Assembly (NCBI RefSeq): GCF_009914755.1
Contig: NC_060926.1
From: the human T2T-CHM13v2.0 reference genome, Homo sapiens
Direction: 5' to 3' (one strand)
Length of the DNA stretch: 64,000 bases
This document shows, piece by piece, positions 63,035 to 64,000 of this stretch. A program made the position numbers and the translations under genes. Under the pieces are notes generated by a model. It was not told the DNA's origin and did not search any database. It saw only the letters and a list, made by a program, of their open reading frames with translations. How positions within the stretch are numbered: position 1 is the first letter of the stretch; every line of letters begins with the position of its first letter.

Positions 63035-63442
63035 GAATATTTACTATGAGAATTTTCTTATGCAATTATGGAGGCTAAGAAGTCCCATGATCTACCATCT
63101 GCAAGCTGGAAAACCAGAAAAACTGGTGGGTAATTCTCAGTCAGTCTCAAGGCCTGAGAAAGATGAGCACTGATCTCTGAGGGCAGGAGAAGGTAGATGC
63201 CCCAGTTCAAACAGAGAGAAGGAAGTCACCCTTCCCCTGCCTTTTTGTTCTATCATTGCCCTCAGTGGATTGAATGATGCCCCCCCACATTGATAAAGAC
63301 AGTTCTTCTATACTTAGTCTATTGATTCAAATGCGAATCTCTTCTGGAAACACCCTCACAGACACATCCAGAAATAATATTTTACCCGTTGTTTTGGGCA
63401 TCTCTTAGCCCAGTCAAGTGAACACATAAAATAACTATCACA
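63035..63442 (-). mobile_element. MLT2 (ERVL) LTR
   Basis: ATTATGGAGGCTAAGAAGTCCCATGATCT...CTGCAAGCTGGA...AACACCCTCACAGACAC...CCCAGTCAAG...AACTATCACA. Confidence 0.9.
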
Positions 63443-63564
63443 CTTCCCCAAGTAAACTTCATGTCCCTGCATTGCAAAACTGTATCCTGTCCTTTTTGTC
63501 AGTGCCTGGCAGAGAGGATGGCACATGCCACCTGCCTATGTATTAATTGTGCAATGTTAGATTA

Positions 63565-63740
63565 ATAACAATTTGTTGAACACCTATGTGCTAAGCGCAG
63601 GATATATGCCATATTATAACAATTCTATGCATTAAGTACTATTATTATTCTGGTTTATAAATAAGGAAATTGGGAAGTCAGTTGGTTTAAATAGTATACC
63701 AAGTGTCAGAGTTGGGATTTGAAGTCAAAGCCTTATCTGG
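63565..63740 (-). mobile_element. MIR SINE
   Basis: TTGAACACCTATGTGCTAAG...TATTATTCTGGTTTATAAATAAGGAAATTG...GGGATTTGAA. Confidence 0.7.
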
Positions 63741-64000
63741 GAACAAATGCAGTATGATGTGGTGAGGTTTCTCTCCAGGGTTCTGCTTTGTGAGTTATTC
63801 TTTCATTTCTTCTCAGTTTCTTCTCACCACAGTCACTCCCTTGGGAGTGAGAGCAGAAAGTGGTATTGGGTTTAAAAAGATGCGTGAATGACAAAAAATT
63901 CTTCATGGAAGTGCTTAGAGGAGAGTGATGTTGGGGGCAAGGAGTGAATAAAGTCACATTACACAATTAGCTGAGACACTTGAGTTCAAAGTGACTTAAT

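Overview
Primate, almost certainly human, non-coding genomic DNA (intergenic or deep intron). It is AT-rich, CpG-depleted, lacks a CpG island, and is made largely of interspersed repeats. I find no supportable protein-coding gene, tRNA or rRNA: the ORF track consists of Alu/L1/LTR translations and chance ORFs. Repeats span the full age range: an amniote-era AmnSINE1 fragment (~49.85-49.97 kb); CR1/L3, L2 and MIR; MLT1/MLT2/THE1/ERV1 solo LTRs; MER5, MER58B, Tigger3a and MADE1 DNA elements; L1M and L1PA7/8 LINEs; and AluJ/Sc/Y, including an unmutated AluYd8-type insertion. Most worth following up: the AmnSINE1 remnant and a nearby E-box-dense unique segment (candidate enhancers), a small CpG cluster in unique DNA, the young AluYd8, a twin-primed inverted L1 with a large internal deletion and a GAA-type tail, and several micro-rearrangement scars (templated insertions, palindromes, tandem and dispersed duplications). 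Subfamily names come from recalled consensus sequences and need RepeatMasker/Dfam confirmation. Boundaries of old repeats are approximate.
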